This document shows, piece by piece, positions 48,662 through 60,992 of a DNA stretch of 64,000 nt. The stretch comes from Euglena gracilis (taxonomy: Eukaryota). Both the position numbers and the translations under genes were made by a program. The notes below the pieces were generated by a model. That model searched no databases and was not told where the DNA came from. It saw only the letters and a program-made list of their open reading frames with translations. Positions within the stretch are counted from its first letter, which is position 1; each line of letters begins with the position of its first letter. The DNA lies in contig CP154954.1 of assembly GCA_039621445.1 (NCBI GenBank), positions 13,262,716 through 13,326,715 on the forward strand. The letters run 5' to 3'.

Positions 48662-49987
48662 CAGGGGCCAGTATTAGACGGGGGGGGGTCGCTGAGCTCT
48701 TATCTCTTTAGAGTAAGAGCAAAGCTTACCACCAGGGAAAAGGGGGGGTCCAACCCCCCCCTTCCCCCGCCCCCCCCCTCTGGGTAGACCGTGAAAACCG
48801 CGGATTATCACCATGACCCCGGCCCGGTTCCCAGAAATTTTTTTTAGTTGCGAGCGACTGGATTTCTAGTTTCCGAATCATCTGGGTTTGGCCCCCAACT
48901 CCCAATCAGGCCGGAGTTATTCACGCGCGAAGGGGTCCAAACTGGGTAGGATCGGCCCGCCCCCCCTGGATAAGCCCCCCCCCTTGGACTCTGCCATTTC
49001 GGCCAAAAAAATGTCAATGTCAAAAAAGTCAAAATGTCAAAAAAAATTCAAAATATCTCCAAAATGAAGCCAAGCCAAAGGAAATGTGCAGAGACCTAAT
49101 TTGAAGCCCTTGGAATGCCCCAGCTACGGGTGCCATCATGGCCCATGATGCCCATCATGACCCATGATGGCCATCATGACCCATAATGCTCGTTATGACC
49201 CATGATGGCCATCATGACCGATAATGCTCATTATGACCCGTGATGCGCATCATGACCCATGATGGCCATCATGACCCATGATGGCCATCATGACCCATGA
49301 TGCCCATCATGACCCATGATGGCCATTATGACCCATGCTGGCCATCATGACCCATGATGGCCACCATGACCCATGATGCCCACCATGACCCATATGATGG
49401 CCATCATGACCCAGGATGCCCATCATGACCCATGATGGCCATCATGACCCATAATGTGCATCATGACCCATGATGGCCACCATGACCCATGATGCCCACC
49501 ATGACCCATGATGCCCACCATGACCCCTGATGTCCATCATGACCCATGATGGCCATCATGACCCATGATGCCCATCATGACCCATGATGCCCATCATGAA
49601 TTTTTTTTGCCTGAAACGATGTTTTTTGGCCTCCCGGACCCGGAAAAACTGTTTTTAAGCCGAAAATGAGCGTTTTCCGACCCGCCAGCGCCCCGTTTTG
49701 GGCTGCCAACCCATTGACTTTGGGCATTTTTAGGTCAAATAAGTCGACAAAAATCGAAAAAAAATTCTTTGCCCGAAACGATGTTTTTTGGCCTCCCGGA
49801 CCCAGAAAAGGTGTTTTTTGAGCCAAAAATGAGTGTTTTTCCACCCACCGGCACCCCGTTTTCGGCACAAAACCTTTGCATTTCAGTCAAAAGAGCTGCA
49901 TGGAGTGGGCCGGTTTATATGGGGGGGGGGGGTTCAATGAAGGGGTGGGTGAGCGCTTATTAAGAGCTCAGCACTATTCAAAACCTG
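48662..49987 (+). mobile_element. Dispersed repeat family E copy 2
   Basis: Starts CAGGGG and ends ...AAACCTG. Subterminal inverted GCTGAGCTCTTA/TAAGAGCTCAGC; reverse homology to 27020-27875. No TSD found. Confidence 0.6.
49132..49598. repeat. 19-bp minisatellite containing the 16-bp palindrome CATGATGGCCATCATG
   Basis: About 24 degenerate tandem units of CCATGATGGCCATCATGAC. Confidence 0.92.
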
Positions 49988-50700
49988 GTTCCAGCAGCTA
50001 ATGGGAGGGGAGCTGGAAAAGATGCCTGAACAATGCCTCGCGGCCCTCAGAAGCTTGAAGCTACATGGGGCAGCCCTCAGGGGCCGGCAGGGGGGGGAAG
50101 TCGGCAAGTACTTTTGCCTGAAACGGAAGAGCGGTTAACGGGATGGGGTCCGAGGCAAAGCTGTGAGGCAGGAGTCCAGTCCGTCAAAATCAGGGCAATG
50201 GATGGGCCGCGACCGGCTGCCGCCCAAAACTCAGATAAGCCTAACCCGAACCCTCACCCTAACCCTAACCATAAGCCCAAATGAAACTGTAACCCTATTC
50301 CTTTCATTAACAGCATCACTCCTTTTATCCATCACCTCCATTTGGGTGCATCCAATTCTGGTCGGGCCCTGGCCGTTAATGAAAGGGACTGGGTTTGGTC
50401 AACATACACACAAAAAGCTAGCACACAAACAGGGGTTGTTGAACAGGGGCAGGGATACCTCAACATGAATCAAAGTGATAAAAATTGCCTTGGTTGGGCC
50501 ACAGCCCAATCAAAAATTGATTTTGGTTGGGCTGCGGCCGACCACGGCCAGCCGCGACACCTACCTCCCACGAACCTGCCTCCCAGGTATCACCACCAGG
50601 GTGTCTTCTGAGCTAAAAAAAAAAAAAGGAAGCCTGCCCCCTGTCTTAGGCACTGGCCATTTCTAAGACCCCCCTGGTTCTTATCTTCTCGGGCGGCGCA

Positions 50701-53700
50701 TATTATATTATGTTATATTATATTATACTATATTATATCATATTATATTATATTATATTATATTATATTATATTATATTTATTATATATATTATTATATT
50801 ATATCTATATATATATATTCTATATTATCTTATCTTCTCTTCTCTCTATTATATTCTCTTCTCTTCTCTATCTCTTCTTCTCTTCTCTTCTCTTCTCTTC
50901 TCTTCTCTTCTCTTCTCTTCTCTTCTATTCTCTTCTCTTTCTCTTCTCTTATCTTCTCTTCTCTTTCTTCTCTTCTCTTCTCTTCTCTTCTCTTCTCTTC
51001 TCTTCTCTTCTCTTCTCTTCTCTTCTTCTCTTTCTTCTCTTCTCTTCTCTTCTCTTCTCTTGTCTTCTCTTCTCTTCTCTTCCCTTCTCTTCTCTTCTCT
51101 CCTCTCCTCTTCTCCTCTCCTCTCCTCTCTTCTCTTCTCTTCTCTCCTTTTTTCCCTTCCTCTCCTCTCCTCTCTTCTCTTCTCTTCTCTTCTCTTCTCT
51201 TCTCTTCTCTTCTCTTCTCTTCTCTTCTTTCTCTTCTCTTCTCTTCTCTTCTCTTCTCTTCTCTTCTTCTCTTCTCTTCTCTTCTTTCTCTTCTCTGCTC
51301 TTCTCTCCTCTTCTCTTCCTTTCCTCTTCTCTGCTTGCTCTTCTCTGCTCTGCTCTGCTCTGCCTCTGCTCTGCTCTGCTCTGCTCTGCTCTGCTCTGCT
51401 CTGCTCTCTCTGCTCTGCTGCTCTCTTGCTTGCTCTGCTCTGCTTGCTCTTCTCTCTGCTCTGCTCTGCTCTTCTCTGCTCTGCTCTGCTCTGCTCTGCT
51501 GCTCTGCTCTGCTCTGCTCTGCTCTGCTCTGCTCTGCTCTGCTCTGCTCTGCTCTGCTCTGCTCTGCTCCTGCTCTGCTCTCCTCTGCTCTGCTCTGCTC
51601 TCCTCTCCTCTGCTCCTCTCCTCTCCTCTCCTCTCCTTCCTCTCCTCCTCCTCTCCTCTCCTCTCCTCTTCTCTTCTCTTCTCTTCTCTTCTCTTCTCCT
51701 CTTCTCTCTTCTCTTCTCCTCTCTTCTCTCTCTCTTCTCTTCTCTTTTCTTCTCTTCTCCTGTCTTCTCTTCTTTTCTTCTCCTTGTCTTCTCTTCTCTT
51801 CTCTTGTCTTCTCTTCTCTTCTCTTCTCTTCTCCTTTCTTCTCTTCTCTTTCTCTTCTCTTCTCTTCTCTTCTCTTCTTTCTCTTCTCTTCTCTTCTCTC
51901 CTCGTCTCTTCTCTCCTCGTCTCTTATCTCTCCTCTCTCCTCTCCTTCTCTTCTCTTCTCTCTCTTCTTCTCTTCTCTTCTCTTCTCTTCTCTCTTTCTC
52001 TTCTCTTCTCTTCTCTTCTCTCTCTTCTCTTCTCTTCTCTTCTCTTCTCTTCTCTTCTCTTCCTTCCTCTTCTCTTCTCTTCTCTTCTCTTCTCTCCTCT
52101 CTGCTCTGCTCTCCTCTCTGCTCTCTCTGCTCTGCTCTGCTCTGCTCTGCTCTCCTCTGCTCTGCTCTGCTCTGCTCCTGCTCTGCTCTGCTCTGCTCTT
52201 CTCTGCTCTGCTCTTCTCTGCTCTGCTCTGCCCTGCTGTGCTCTGCTGTGCTCTGCTCTGCTCTGCTTCTGTGCTGTCTCTGCTCTGCCTGTTCTCTCTC
52301 TGCTCTGCTCTGCTATCTCTGCTCTGCTCTGCCTCTGCTCTGCGCTGCTCTGCTCTGCTCTGCTCTGCTCTGCTCTGCTCTGCTCTGCTCTGCTCTGCTC
52401 TGCTCTCTCTTCTCTGCTCTGCTCTGCTCTCTCTGCTCTGCTCTGCTCGCTCTCTCTCCTGCTGCTCTCCTCTCCCTCTGCTCCTCTCTCCTCTGCTCTC
52501 CTCCCTCTCTCCCTCTTCCTCCTCCTTTCCTCTCCTCTCCTCTCCTCTTCTCTCCTCTCCTCTTCTCTTCTCTTCTCTTTCTCTTCTCTTCTCACTCTCT
52601 TGTCTCCTCTCTTCTCTTCTCCTCTCTTCTCTTCTCTTCTCTCTCTTCTCTTTTCTTCTCTGCTCCTTGTCTTCTCTTCTCTTCTCTTCTCTTCCTTGTC
52701 TCTCTTCTCTTCTCCTTCTCTCTCTCTCTTCTCTTTCTTCTCTTCTCTTCTTTCTCTTCTCTTCTCTCCTCTAGATCCTCTCTCTCTCTCTCTCGCTCCT
52801 CTCCTCCTGCTCTTCTCTCTCTTCCTCTTCTCTCCTCTCTCTTCTCTCCTTCTCTTTTCCTCCTCTCTTTCTCTCTTCTCTTCTTCTCTTTTCTCTTTCT
52901 CTCTTTCTCTTCCTCCCTTTCTCTCTTTTCTTCTCTCTCTTCTCTTCTCTCTTTCTCTCTGCCTCTCTCCTCTTCTCTCCTCTGCCTCTTCGGCTCCCTC
53001 TTCTCCTCTCTTCTCTTTTCCTCTCTCTCTTCTCCTTCCTCTTTCTCTCTTCTCCCTCTTCTCTCTTCTCTCTCTTCTCTTCTCTTTCTTCTCTTCTCTT
53101 CTCTTCTCTCTTCTCTTTCTCTTCTCTTCCTCCTCTCTCTCTCTCTCTTCTCTTCTCTTCTATCCTCTCTTCTTCTCTTTCTTCCTTCTCTTCTCTCTCT
53201 TATCTTCTCTTCTCTTCTCTCTCTCTCTTCTCTCTCTTCTTTCTTCTCTTCCTCTTCTTTCTCTTCTCTTCGCTTCTCTCTCTTCTCTTCTCTTCTCTTC
53301 TCTTCTCTTCTATTCTTTCTCTTCTCTTCTCTTCTCTTCTCCTTCTCTTCTCTTTCTCTGCCTCTTCTCTTCTGCTCTTCTCTGCTCCTGCTCTCTGCTC
53401 TGCTCTCTGCTCTGCTCTGCTCTGCTCTGCTCTGCTCTGCTCTGCTCTGCTCTGCTCTGCTCTGCCTGCTCTGCTCTGCTCTGCTCTGCTCTGCTTCTTC
53501 TCTCTCTGCTCTGTCTCTTCTCTGCTCTGCTCTGCTCTGTCTGCTCTGCTCTGCTCTGCTCTGCTCTGCTCTGCTATGCTCTGCTCTGCTCTGCTCTGCT
53601 CTCTCTGCTTCTCTGCTCTGCTCTGCTCTCTGCTCTGCCTCTGCTCTGCTCTGCTCTCTCTGCTCTGCTCTGCTCTGCTCTGCTCTGCTCTCCTCTCTCT

Positions 53701-54300
53701 GCTCCTCTCCTCTCCTCTCCTCTCCTTTCCTCTCCTCTCCTCTCCTCTCCCTCTCCTCTTCTCTTCTCTTCTCTTCTCTTCTCTTCCCTCTCTCTCTTCT
53801 CTTCTCCCTCTCTTCTCTTCTCTTCTCTTCTCTTCTTTTTTATCTTCTCTGTCTTCTCTTCTCTTATCTTCTCTTCTCTCTTCCCTCTCTTCTCTTCTCT
53901 TCTCTCTCTTCTCTTCTCTTCTCTTCTCTTCCTTCTCTTCTTCTCTCTTCTCTTCTCTTCTCTTCCTCTTCTCGTCTCTTCTCTTCTCTTCTCTCTCTTC
54001 TCTTCTCCTCTCTTCTCTCTCTTCTCTTCTCTCTCTCCTCTCTTTCTCTCCTCTTCTCTTCTCTTATCTCTCCTTTCTCTTCTCTTCTCTTCTCTTCTTT
54101 CTCTCTCTTCTCTTCTCTTCTTTCTCTTCTTTCTTTTCTCTCGTCTCTTCTCTTCTCTTCTCTTCTCTTCTCTTCTCTTCTCTTCTCTTCTCTTCTCTCT
54201 TCTCTTCTCTTCTCTCTTCTCTTCTCTTCTCTTCTCTTCTCTTCTCTTCTCTTCTCTTCCTCTTCTCTTCTCGTCTCTTCTCTTCCCTCCTCTTCTCCTC
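50701..54300. repeat. Compound pentanucleotide satellite (TATTA, TCTTC, TCCTC, TGCTC blocks)
   Basis: Directly visible: 3.6 kb, strongly pyrimidine-rich on the plus strand after the initial TATTA block. Confidence 0.97.
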
Positions 54301-55208
54301 TTCGGCCTTCTGGGATTCCAGTGTCCAGGCCCTGGGGGAGGCGGTGCCGCGGCCAGTCGTGAGCAACCAGAGAATGAGACGTGGGACTTGCAGTTGCAAT
54401 GCATGCGCCGTTTGTGTGATAAATTGGCCCAACAGCGTACCAGCGAACCCAAATGCCACCCAACGAGAGGTGATGCATGGAAGGGGATCCAAGCGAGGCA
54501 CCAAAGGTCGCCCAATTTACTTATGATAGCCCACCCACCAAATAATAACCCCAACGAACCCCCTGCTGTGGCTGTGAGTAACGTACTAATCTCACTTCTG
54601 TGCAAAGCATATGGAGCTCAAAATCATGCGAATTCTTTCAAACCAGAAGAGCGCAGAAATGTGTGATGGTTTATTTAACTTCAATAAGGCATCTTTTAAT
54701 TCCATTGGGAACCTGTTTCTGACACTGATCTGAACGCCTACCCCCTTGTCCAGCGACTGCTAATCTTCATCTCTGACCGGGGGTTACGAAAACAGCCCCG
54801 GTTGTCGCCGACCAGGGTGAGGTGGTCGTTAGACTGGGGGGGGGGACCCATGGGGCAGACCCCAGGTCGGCTAAAAATAGAGCCTGTGGGGTTTATAGCC
54901 ATTTTTGGCTGTTTCTGGTGGGTTTTGGCCGTTTTCTTTAGGCCGTTTGGCAACTTTTTTTGGCCACTCTTGGCGATTTTGGTCACTTTGGGCCATTTTG
55001 GCCAATTTTAGTTATTTATATTATTTTTCACCATGTTTGGGCAACATTTAGCAAGTTTCTGCCGTTTGTCGCAATCTTGAACAATGAAATCAAATCATTT
55101 TACGTAATTTCTAACCAATAATAGCTGCACCGACCCACCCACCCATCCACCCACACCCACACCCACACCCACACACACGCACACACGCACACACACACAC
55201 ACACCATA

Positions 55209-55743
<535 letters not shown>

Positions 55744-55824
55744 AACGCGGTTTCCGGGACTCCCATTGAATCCGAACGTTGTGCAGCACAAGAAGGAAGG
55801 AGGCTGCGCCGGACACCTGACCAG

Positions 55825-56200
55825 AGATGGGTTGGGGATGGTTTGGCTGTGCACTTGAAGGATTGCAGGAGGGGCTGGGCGGGCGTGAAGGTATGGGCCG
55901 AGTCGTCTTCCAGGGTGAAGGGGGGGGGGCGGTTCAGGCGCAGGATGGGCGGCTTGCTGTGAAGTTCTGGCAGCCTCAATGTTGAGGGAAGACACCCTGG
56001 GTCTTACCCAAATTCTGTCCCTCACCGGGTTCTGACCCACTTTGGGCAAGGGATTCGATCGAGGAGTGGTCAATGATCAGGAGCCCCCCCCAAATGGAAA
56101 TCGCAGAGAAGTACATGGAATTCGCTGTCAACAGCTTGGGGGTGGTCACCCTACCTCCGAGTGCTGCTTTGGACCAGACCACCTCACACACCAGGCCAGG
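55825..56200 (-). CDS. Two candidate exons of an unidentified host gene joined by a short GT-AG intron (55967-56025)
   Basis: GC3-rich frames ...TTPKLLTANSMYFSAISIWGGLLIIDHSSIESLAQSGSEP and LHSKPPILRLNRPPPFTLEDDSAHTF join in phase (G|GTGAG...CAG|AA). Outer boundaries are uncertain. Confidence 0.45.
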
Positions 56201-58249
56201 TATTAGACGAAGGGGGTGAGTGCCAGGCATGAGACCAAGAAAAGACCCTTCCCCCCTCCATGTCCAACGATCGGTAACCTCTGTCGACATAGGGTTATGA
56301 CCAAGAAGGTGTCCTCCGACTGCGGGGGGGGGGGGCAGTTGGACAAGGGGTCAACAAAAAAGTTTGCGGGTGCGGGGGACCCTACCCCCCCCCAAAAAAG
56401 GCCAAGTTGCTTTCCCTCTTTCGCTTAGCGCCGTAAATTTTGGGCCATTTTGACAAATCCTTGCTCAAAAAGTGCCAAAAATGGCAATTTGACCAATTTT
56501 GGGCTGATTTTGGGCACAAACGTTTTCGGGCTGGCGCTTTGCGCCAGGACCAAAATTTGGTAAAAATTTTGGAGGTTTTGGCCATACCACCGAAAAGGTG
56601 TCCTCTGACTGGGGGGTGGTTGTTGGACACAGGGGAGTCGTTGGACGTAGGGGGAGGGGTAAGCAGAGAAAAGAAGACAAAATTGATGTGGCCATGAAAA
56701 TAATTTTTGCCGAACTTCAAATTATAAAAATCTAATATGTAAAAAAATTCACCATTTTGGCAATGTCTCATATGAAACTCTTGTGACGCAACATCGCTGT
56801 TGCGGTTCAGGAAGTACAGGTGGGCTGAAGCTGAATCGACCCAACCCTTTTTTGCCCATACAACATGTGTGAGCTGGGCAACGCCACGCATCAAGGCAGG
56901 GGCAAGGGCAACGTGCAAAAGGACGGTGTCTCGTTGGTGCTGTCACGGGGGCGGGGTTTGAAGCCGCGTCGCCGGCATGGGACACAAGGCGGAGACGCGG
57001 TCAGCAGCGGCGTTCCACAGGGACGTTCGGGGAGCCCTGGTCGTCGGCCGGGTTAATGCCATAGATTGACTTAGGGACCCCTCAAGGGCCCCACTTTCCT
57101 CTGGGCCCAAACCCACCCACTCACTCTTTTTTCTTGGAAACACCCCCACGATCAACGGGGAGGGGGTTCGAACAAACCCCCACCCACCCTCTCCGCAATA
57201 TATCAAAGTCCGCCGAAAAGCCTGGATTTTCCCATCCCAGCCTGCTGCTGGGCCATCTGCCTCTGACATTGGTGTAACCACCCCGGGGGGCCCGGTGAGG
57301 AAGGGTTACGGAAGGAGGAGGCTCCATAGGAGGAGGCTCCATAGGAAGAGGCTCCTGGAACCACCTGAAACATATTTTTAACTATGAAACTGAAACAAAA
57401 AAACACTTATTTTCAACTAATTTCAACTCCGTTTTGTTGCCGATGCCCTTTTGTATGCAATGTTCTCAGGGCCCTAAAAAATAAGGCTCGAGAGCCACCT
57501 CGAATGTTGTTCGAGGTGGTTCGAGGAGGCTGGTTCGAAAATAAGCCCTCCTTAAGCTCCATAGGCTTAAAGCGTTCAAGCTCCAGCCTGCTCCCACGAT
57601 AACCCCCCTGTCCGGTGGTCCAAACCTGCCCATCCACCCCCCCCCCCCGTGGGGGGTCGCACCAGGGGTAAGGGAACCTATGGGTGGAGCGCACCGTCGC
57701 CATCACGGTGGCGTGCCAGTCTGTGACACGGGTCTCCAGCTGTCGCAGCAGAGGTGGCGACGGGAGGGCGATGGGAGAGCCATCCACATAGAAGGCCAAC
57801 ATCGCGTCGTCAACGTGTGCACAACCATGCACAGACGTTCACACGCACGCAGGCACGAACGCACGCATGCGCCAACACACACACACACACACACACACGC
57901 GCACACACACACCACACACACATACTGCTTTTGGAGAATTGCTGGAAAGAGAAGTCAGAAATCCCCCCCAAAAAAACGTCCCGACAACGGTCTCCAACAA
58001 CACATACACAAATCGAACCATTTTCGTTTTCCCCGTCATTTGTTGCAATAGGACCCTGGATGTCGACTCCCAGCTCTGCCAAAGCAAGAAATGGACATCA
58101 GCCAGAAAAAAAATGGTTGGTGTGCTGACAACCAGGAAGGGGTCAACGCCTCAGCAGGCTTCTTTTACCCCGCCCTGCCTGCACATAGCACCCACCCCCT
58201 CTTGCACACTTCCCTACTAGAAGCCTCCACCTCAGAGGGTGGCCACAAC

Positions 58250-58440
58250 GGGCGTTGGGTTTTTCCAGTTCACCTCCACATCCCCCATCTCCACCGCCGT
58301 CCCGGGCGAGGCATCCATCCGGGCGGGGGAGCCCATCATTTGGCGGCGCAGCATGGAGCCCTTCCGCATGAACGGCGGGATGAGCTTCTCCCGCCACTCC
58401 GCGTCCTTCTCCAGGTCTGCCGCAGGGCTCTGGCGCGCCA
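58250..58440 (-). CDS. Candidate host exon
   Basis: GC3-rich island between (CA) tracts reading ARQSPAADLEKDAEWREKLIPPFMRKGSMLRRQMMGSPARMDASPGTAVEMGDVE. Splice sites not established. Confidence 0.35.
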
Positions 58441-58534
58441 CCCGAAAAAATTTGACATTCAGTTCATGCACACCATTGGCCCCGGGAAAATAGCCCATCA
58501 TTCCAAAATCAGAAGAGAGAAGGCGGTGCGCTAC

Positions 58535-58596
<62 letters not shown>

Positions 58597-58727
58597 CCAT
58601 GCATACGCATCACACACGCACGAGCGCGCACAAATACAAGCACTCCTGTATGTGCCGACACACACACACACACATGCACACACACACACACACACACACA
58701 CGCACGCACCCCCCCCCCCTAAATACT

Positions 58728-59132
58728 TAAACCCCCCCCACTTATAAACCCCCCCCCACTTACTAACCCCCCCCCACTTACTGACCCCCCCCCCTCGGGC
58801 CGACCAACCAAACCGGGACTTATAAACCTCCCCCTTCGGGGAAGAAAAATGAAAGCCGCCGGGGACGATTTTTTCGGCCGCAAACCACCCAAAAACTGAT
58901 TTTTGGCCCTTTTTTGAGATCGACCATCATCAAAAATGCCATTTTTGACCAAATTTTCCAAAAAATTGCCATTTTGGGGGGTTTCGGGGTCATTTTGGGG
59001 GTTCGGATTTTCACCAACAATTCCGGGACTTATAAACCCCCCCCCCCCCACTTACTAACCCCCCCCTTCGGCCGACCAACCAAACCGGATCCTACTAACC
59101 CCGGGGGGTTTATAAGTGGGGGGGGGGGGTTA
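58728..59132. mobile_element. TA-flanked MITE (Tc1/mariner-pogo-like)
   Basis: C-run+ACTTATAAACCCC at left and GGGGTTTATAAGT+G-run+TTA at right; internal repeats of the same motif. Confidence 0.7.
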
Positions 59133-59579
59133 CCCCCATGCGCACATGCCCCCCACATGCACGCACACATACACACACCTACGCACACACACACACACAT
59201 ATACACACAGAGAGAGGAGAGAGAGAGAGACACGCCCGTACACGCACGCACACGTGTGCGCATACTGGCGCGCGCGCACACACACAGGCATACACCACAT
59301 ACACATAACATATCTTGGGCAGTGCTGAATCAGGGCAGAAGCCTGGCCCTGTGGCTCTCCAGTGGCGCGGCGGTGGCGGGGGTTGCTGGGGCTGCAGGCA
59401 GCCGCTTGCTCGGCAAACGAAAGGAGCAAACCGACGATCGGAATTGGTTGGGGATAATGTTTTTTGGGGTACCCACCCACCTGGAGGTCCAATACAGCCC
59501 TCCCCCAACTGCTGGGCAGGCACTGGTAAAGCAGCCCTTTGCCGAACCCGTGACAGAGCCTGTTGGGCTGCGAAGAAAG

Positions 59580-59890
59580 GACCGGAAAAGATCAGTAAGA
59601 ATCGGGGGGGGGGGTGCTAAATTATCCAAATATGGGTTAGAAACGGGTGGGGGTGTTGAGACAAGAGGAAAAGTTTAAATGCTACAAAACCTGGCGTTTC
59701 GCGCCAACGAGGAAAAATTCCCCTCATTTTGGAGGTCAATTGCTGGGCGTGCAGAGATGTTCAGAAGTCTCCAAATTTTCAAAATTTCGAGAACTTTCGC
59801 TCAAAAATGCACACAAAATAAGCGTCTCGGAGAAGATGACGTTTAAAAAGATGTGTAAGAACCGGATGGCGGTGCTCGGACAAGGATGGT
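59580..59890 (+). repeat. Degenerate copy of the 63129-63527 MITE
   Basis: Shared ACCGGAAAAGAT, ATTTTGGAGGTC, AAAAATGCACACAAAATAA and TTTAAAAAGATG.GTAAGAACCGG. Confidence 0.7.
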
Positions 59891-60654
59891 TGGACGAAGT
59901 GGGGGGAGGGGAGGAAGGGTCTGGTCTGGTCCACCTCCCCCCACCTCTGGGTTGCACTCGGCCCAAGATAGAGGTAGAGGTGGATGTGGAGGTCACCCGC
60001 CCACCACCCACCCACATCTTTAATTAAGAAAAACTTTGGTTGAGAACACGGGGGTATTCCGTGCTGTTTGTCATTTTGGGGGGTGAGTTACCGCATGAGG
60101 AGCTTCACACACCCCCTGTCCAAGCACCAGAAAATACAGAAGTTCAGGGGTGACAAAATCCTCTGTGAGCAATTTGTGGCAATTGGCCACAAAAAAAAAC
60201 CAATAAAAATGACAAAAAAAATGACGAAAAACTTCGCTTGAGGGGGAAATGGTCGAAAATGCAGGATTTTTTAGAAGTCGAAAGTATTTCCCCACAAAAA
60301 AATTTTTTCACGGGGGGAAAATGGGGAAAATACAGAAATATGTTGATCTCGGGAAACGAAAACAGACCACAAAAGCATGCCAGCGATGGTACCAACTCCC
60401 ATACATGGCTCATAACCTCGGGGGAAGGGGGGCGAAGTGCACAATGCGGCACAGCGAGGGGTTGACGCTCGGGGCTGGGCGGGGTGCTGGGACGGGGGTT
60501 TGGGGCTGAGGACGGGGGACCGCTTCAGAGGGGAGGGGGAGAACGGGGGCAGGGCGGCGGGCGGGCGGGTGGAGAAGGAAGCTGGAGGGAGCTATTCCCG
60601 AGAAGCGACTCAAGGAGCCGGCGGAAGGGCCGCGCCACAAAAGCTGCTGCTTGG

Positions 60655-60768
60655 CAGCAACAACAACAACAACAGCAGCAGCAGCAGCAACAACGACGAC
60701 GACGACGACGACGACGACAACAACAACAACAGCAACAGCAACAGCAGCAGCAGCAGTAGCAGCAGCAG
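60655..60768. repeat. Compound trinucleotide repeat (CAA/CAG/CGA)
   Basis: Directly visible. Confidence 0.9.
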
Positions 60769-60810
60769 AAACATTGCACACATGGCAGCGCAACAACACT
60801 TGTATATGCA

Positions 60811-60992
60811 TAACCCCCCAAAAAAATAAGACCCCCCCCAAAATAAGACTCCCCCCCAAAAAATAAGACCCCCCCTGGGCCGACCGAGCAAAAATCCAAA
60901 AATAAGACCCCCCAAAAAATGACACCCCCCCCTGGAGGTTTCCAGCAACGGACCCAAAAATAAGACCCGGGTCTTATTTTTTTGGGGGGGTA
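60811..60992. mobile_element. TA-flanked MITE (pogo-like ATAAGACCC motif); related fragment at ~25360-25780
   Basis: TIR CCCCCCAAAAAAATAAGACCC / GGGTCTTATTTTTTTGGGGGG with TA at both ends. Confidence 0.75.

Noticed and set aside
49132-49598. CRISPR-like array
   Set aside because: The units are contiguous with no unique spacers, no cas genes are present, and the context is eukaryotic.
26838-49987. Inverted family E copies as the TIRs of a 23-kb Polinton/Maverick-like element
   Set aside because: The copies are clearly diverged and differently arranged, their CAGGGG termini face inward, no TSD was found, and no pPolB, ATPase or capsid genes lie between them.
50240-50275. Interstitial telomeric (CCCTAA)n
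   Set aside because: Only about five degenerate units, too short to interpret.
50710-54666. 1318-aa, 1100-aa and antisense ORFs
   Set aside because: These are translations of the pentamer satellite, which lacks stop codons; there is no coding complexity.
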